From Perna viridis (taxonomy: Eukaryota), in contig CM074513.1 in the NCBI GenBank assembly GCA_037379345.1, positions 50,137,195-50,201,194 of the forward strand: 64,000 bases of DNA, written 5' to 3'. Positions 63,029 through 64,000 of this stretch are shown here, one piece after another (position 1 is the first letter of the stretch; the number at the start of each line of letters is the position of its first letter). Position numbers and translations under genes: made by a program. Under the pieces are notes generated by a model. The model saw only the letters and a program-made list of their open reading frames with translations. It was not told where the DNA came from and made no database searches.

Positions 63029-63908
63029 TTTTGTATTACTGTACAACTGTATGTGCATAGAAGAGCTATTGAGTCTTTCACTATTGGTCTCATCATTAGC
63101 AACTTTGAAATGTACATTTTTATTATCATTATTTTTTTTTACTTTATATCCACATCGCTCCTTGGGTCTGGGGTGTTCATACTTTATTAGTCTAAGCCTG
63201 CCTATAATGCTATGTTTATGTATTGTGTTAATCATGTGTTCTTGCAATAAATAATTGCACCCAGTACCATGTTAATTATTGAGACAAGAAGTAAATATAC
63301 TTTCCTGATGATAACTCAAAATGCATCCAATTCAAATGGAACTTTGGGACATTGTTACATACTAGGTAAGTGAGAACCCTATTGATTTAATTTATCTGAA
63401 ATATTTCTTTCTCTAAAATGGAGATGCAACTATCCATTGGTGCATTTCAATTTTTTTTTTGAAAATTTTTAATTGAATTTCAAATTATGTGCAATATAGT
63501 GTCCAAACCATTTGTTTTGTCCATAATAAATTGTTAGTCTCTATGCTTAAGAGTGTCAAAAACTAATATTGTGTCCGCAATTGCCCCAACTGTTTGACCA
63601 CTGTGTTTATATCATACTGCCCTCAACGAAGCTTTTTATTGTTATCGACTATATACACATGTATACTGCTTAGAAGAGTAAAATCAACTCGATAATATGA
63701 TGATAACAGTTGTTAAACATAAATGAAACTTCATTAGACAACATACTTTTGTAAACTGCATTGGAAGCTATTTAATTACATGTTTCAGTCTCTAAGACAG
63801 AGATTTTTGTATGGAATTTGTATGCCTATACTTTATTGTAATTGTTATTATTTCAGGAGAAGACCATAAGTATGATATTTTACTCATGTCTAATCCATTT
63901 TGTTTATT

Positions 63909-64000
63909 GTCCCCTTTCAGCAAATGCCGAAGGGGACTTAAGTTTGCACTCCATCCATCCATCTGTCCGTCAGTTTGTCAGTCAGTCTGTCAGTCTGTCA
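63909..64000 (+). mobile_element. Start of a Helentron/HINE-like repeat
   Basis: gtcccct...aggggac hairpin followed by (ccat)n/(gtca)n/(gtct)n microsatellite. Confidence 0.5.

Larger units (their letters stand above)
58380..63260 (+). mobile_element. Decayed tyrosine-recombinase retrotransposon (DIRS order, Ngaro-like): gag - RT/RNaseH - YR
   Basis: gag-like ORFs with ICRKFN.G.C.F..C...H.C..C....H finger (59350-59595); RT FGAAKSPSIF and IAYLDDFLII (60066-60077); RNaseH IQCDAC, YTDN, NVLAD; YR 62129-63028. No methyltransferase or terminal repeats seen; ends approximate. Confidence 0.88.

Overview
AT-rich eukaryotic (metazoan, most likely bivalve mollusc) genomic DNA with spliceosomal introns and a heavy transposon load; one 133-N gap at 25587-25719. 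Host genes reconstructed by hand from GT/AG phase-consistent exons: a 12-exon ceramide/sphingosine-kinase-like gene (-, 30279-22242), a 6-exon BTB-BACK-Kelch gene (-, 42856-34473), a 3-exon CKS gene (-, 53114-47945), the first exon of a divergent type II membrane protein gene (+, 55489-55725), and probable 3' exons of an unknown Lys-rich gene (+, ~1.9-12.8 kb). Mobile elements: a near full-length decayed Penelope-like retroelement with GIY-YIG upstream of RT (Naiad-type permuted order) plus many 3' fragments, RTE and CR1-type LINE fragments, four copies of a structured SINE-like element with no visible tRNA head, many MITEs and Helentron-like repeats, a zinc-finger/SWIM transposase relic, and a decayed DIRS/Ngaro-type tyrosine-recombinase retrotransposon. 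The most unusual items are: (i) a nearly perfect 30-unit 43/36-bp array amplified from the coding sequence of that tyrosine recombinase; (ii) a 3.6-kb TA-flanked TIR element with no transposase that carries an intact stand-alone HIRAN-domain ORF; (iii) the headless SINE whose 5' end is a compact structured RNA (candidate ribozyme); (iv) a tandem duplication of a Kelch-gene splice acceptor that creates a possible poison acceptor. Coordinates of decayed elements are approximate; no database search was run.
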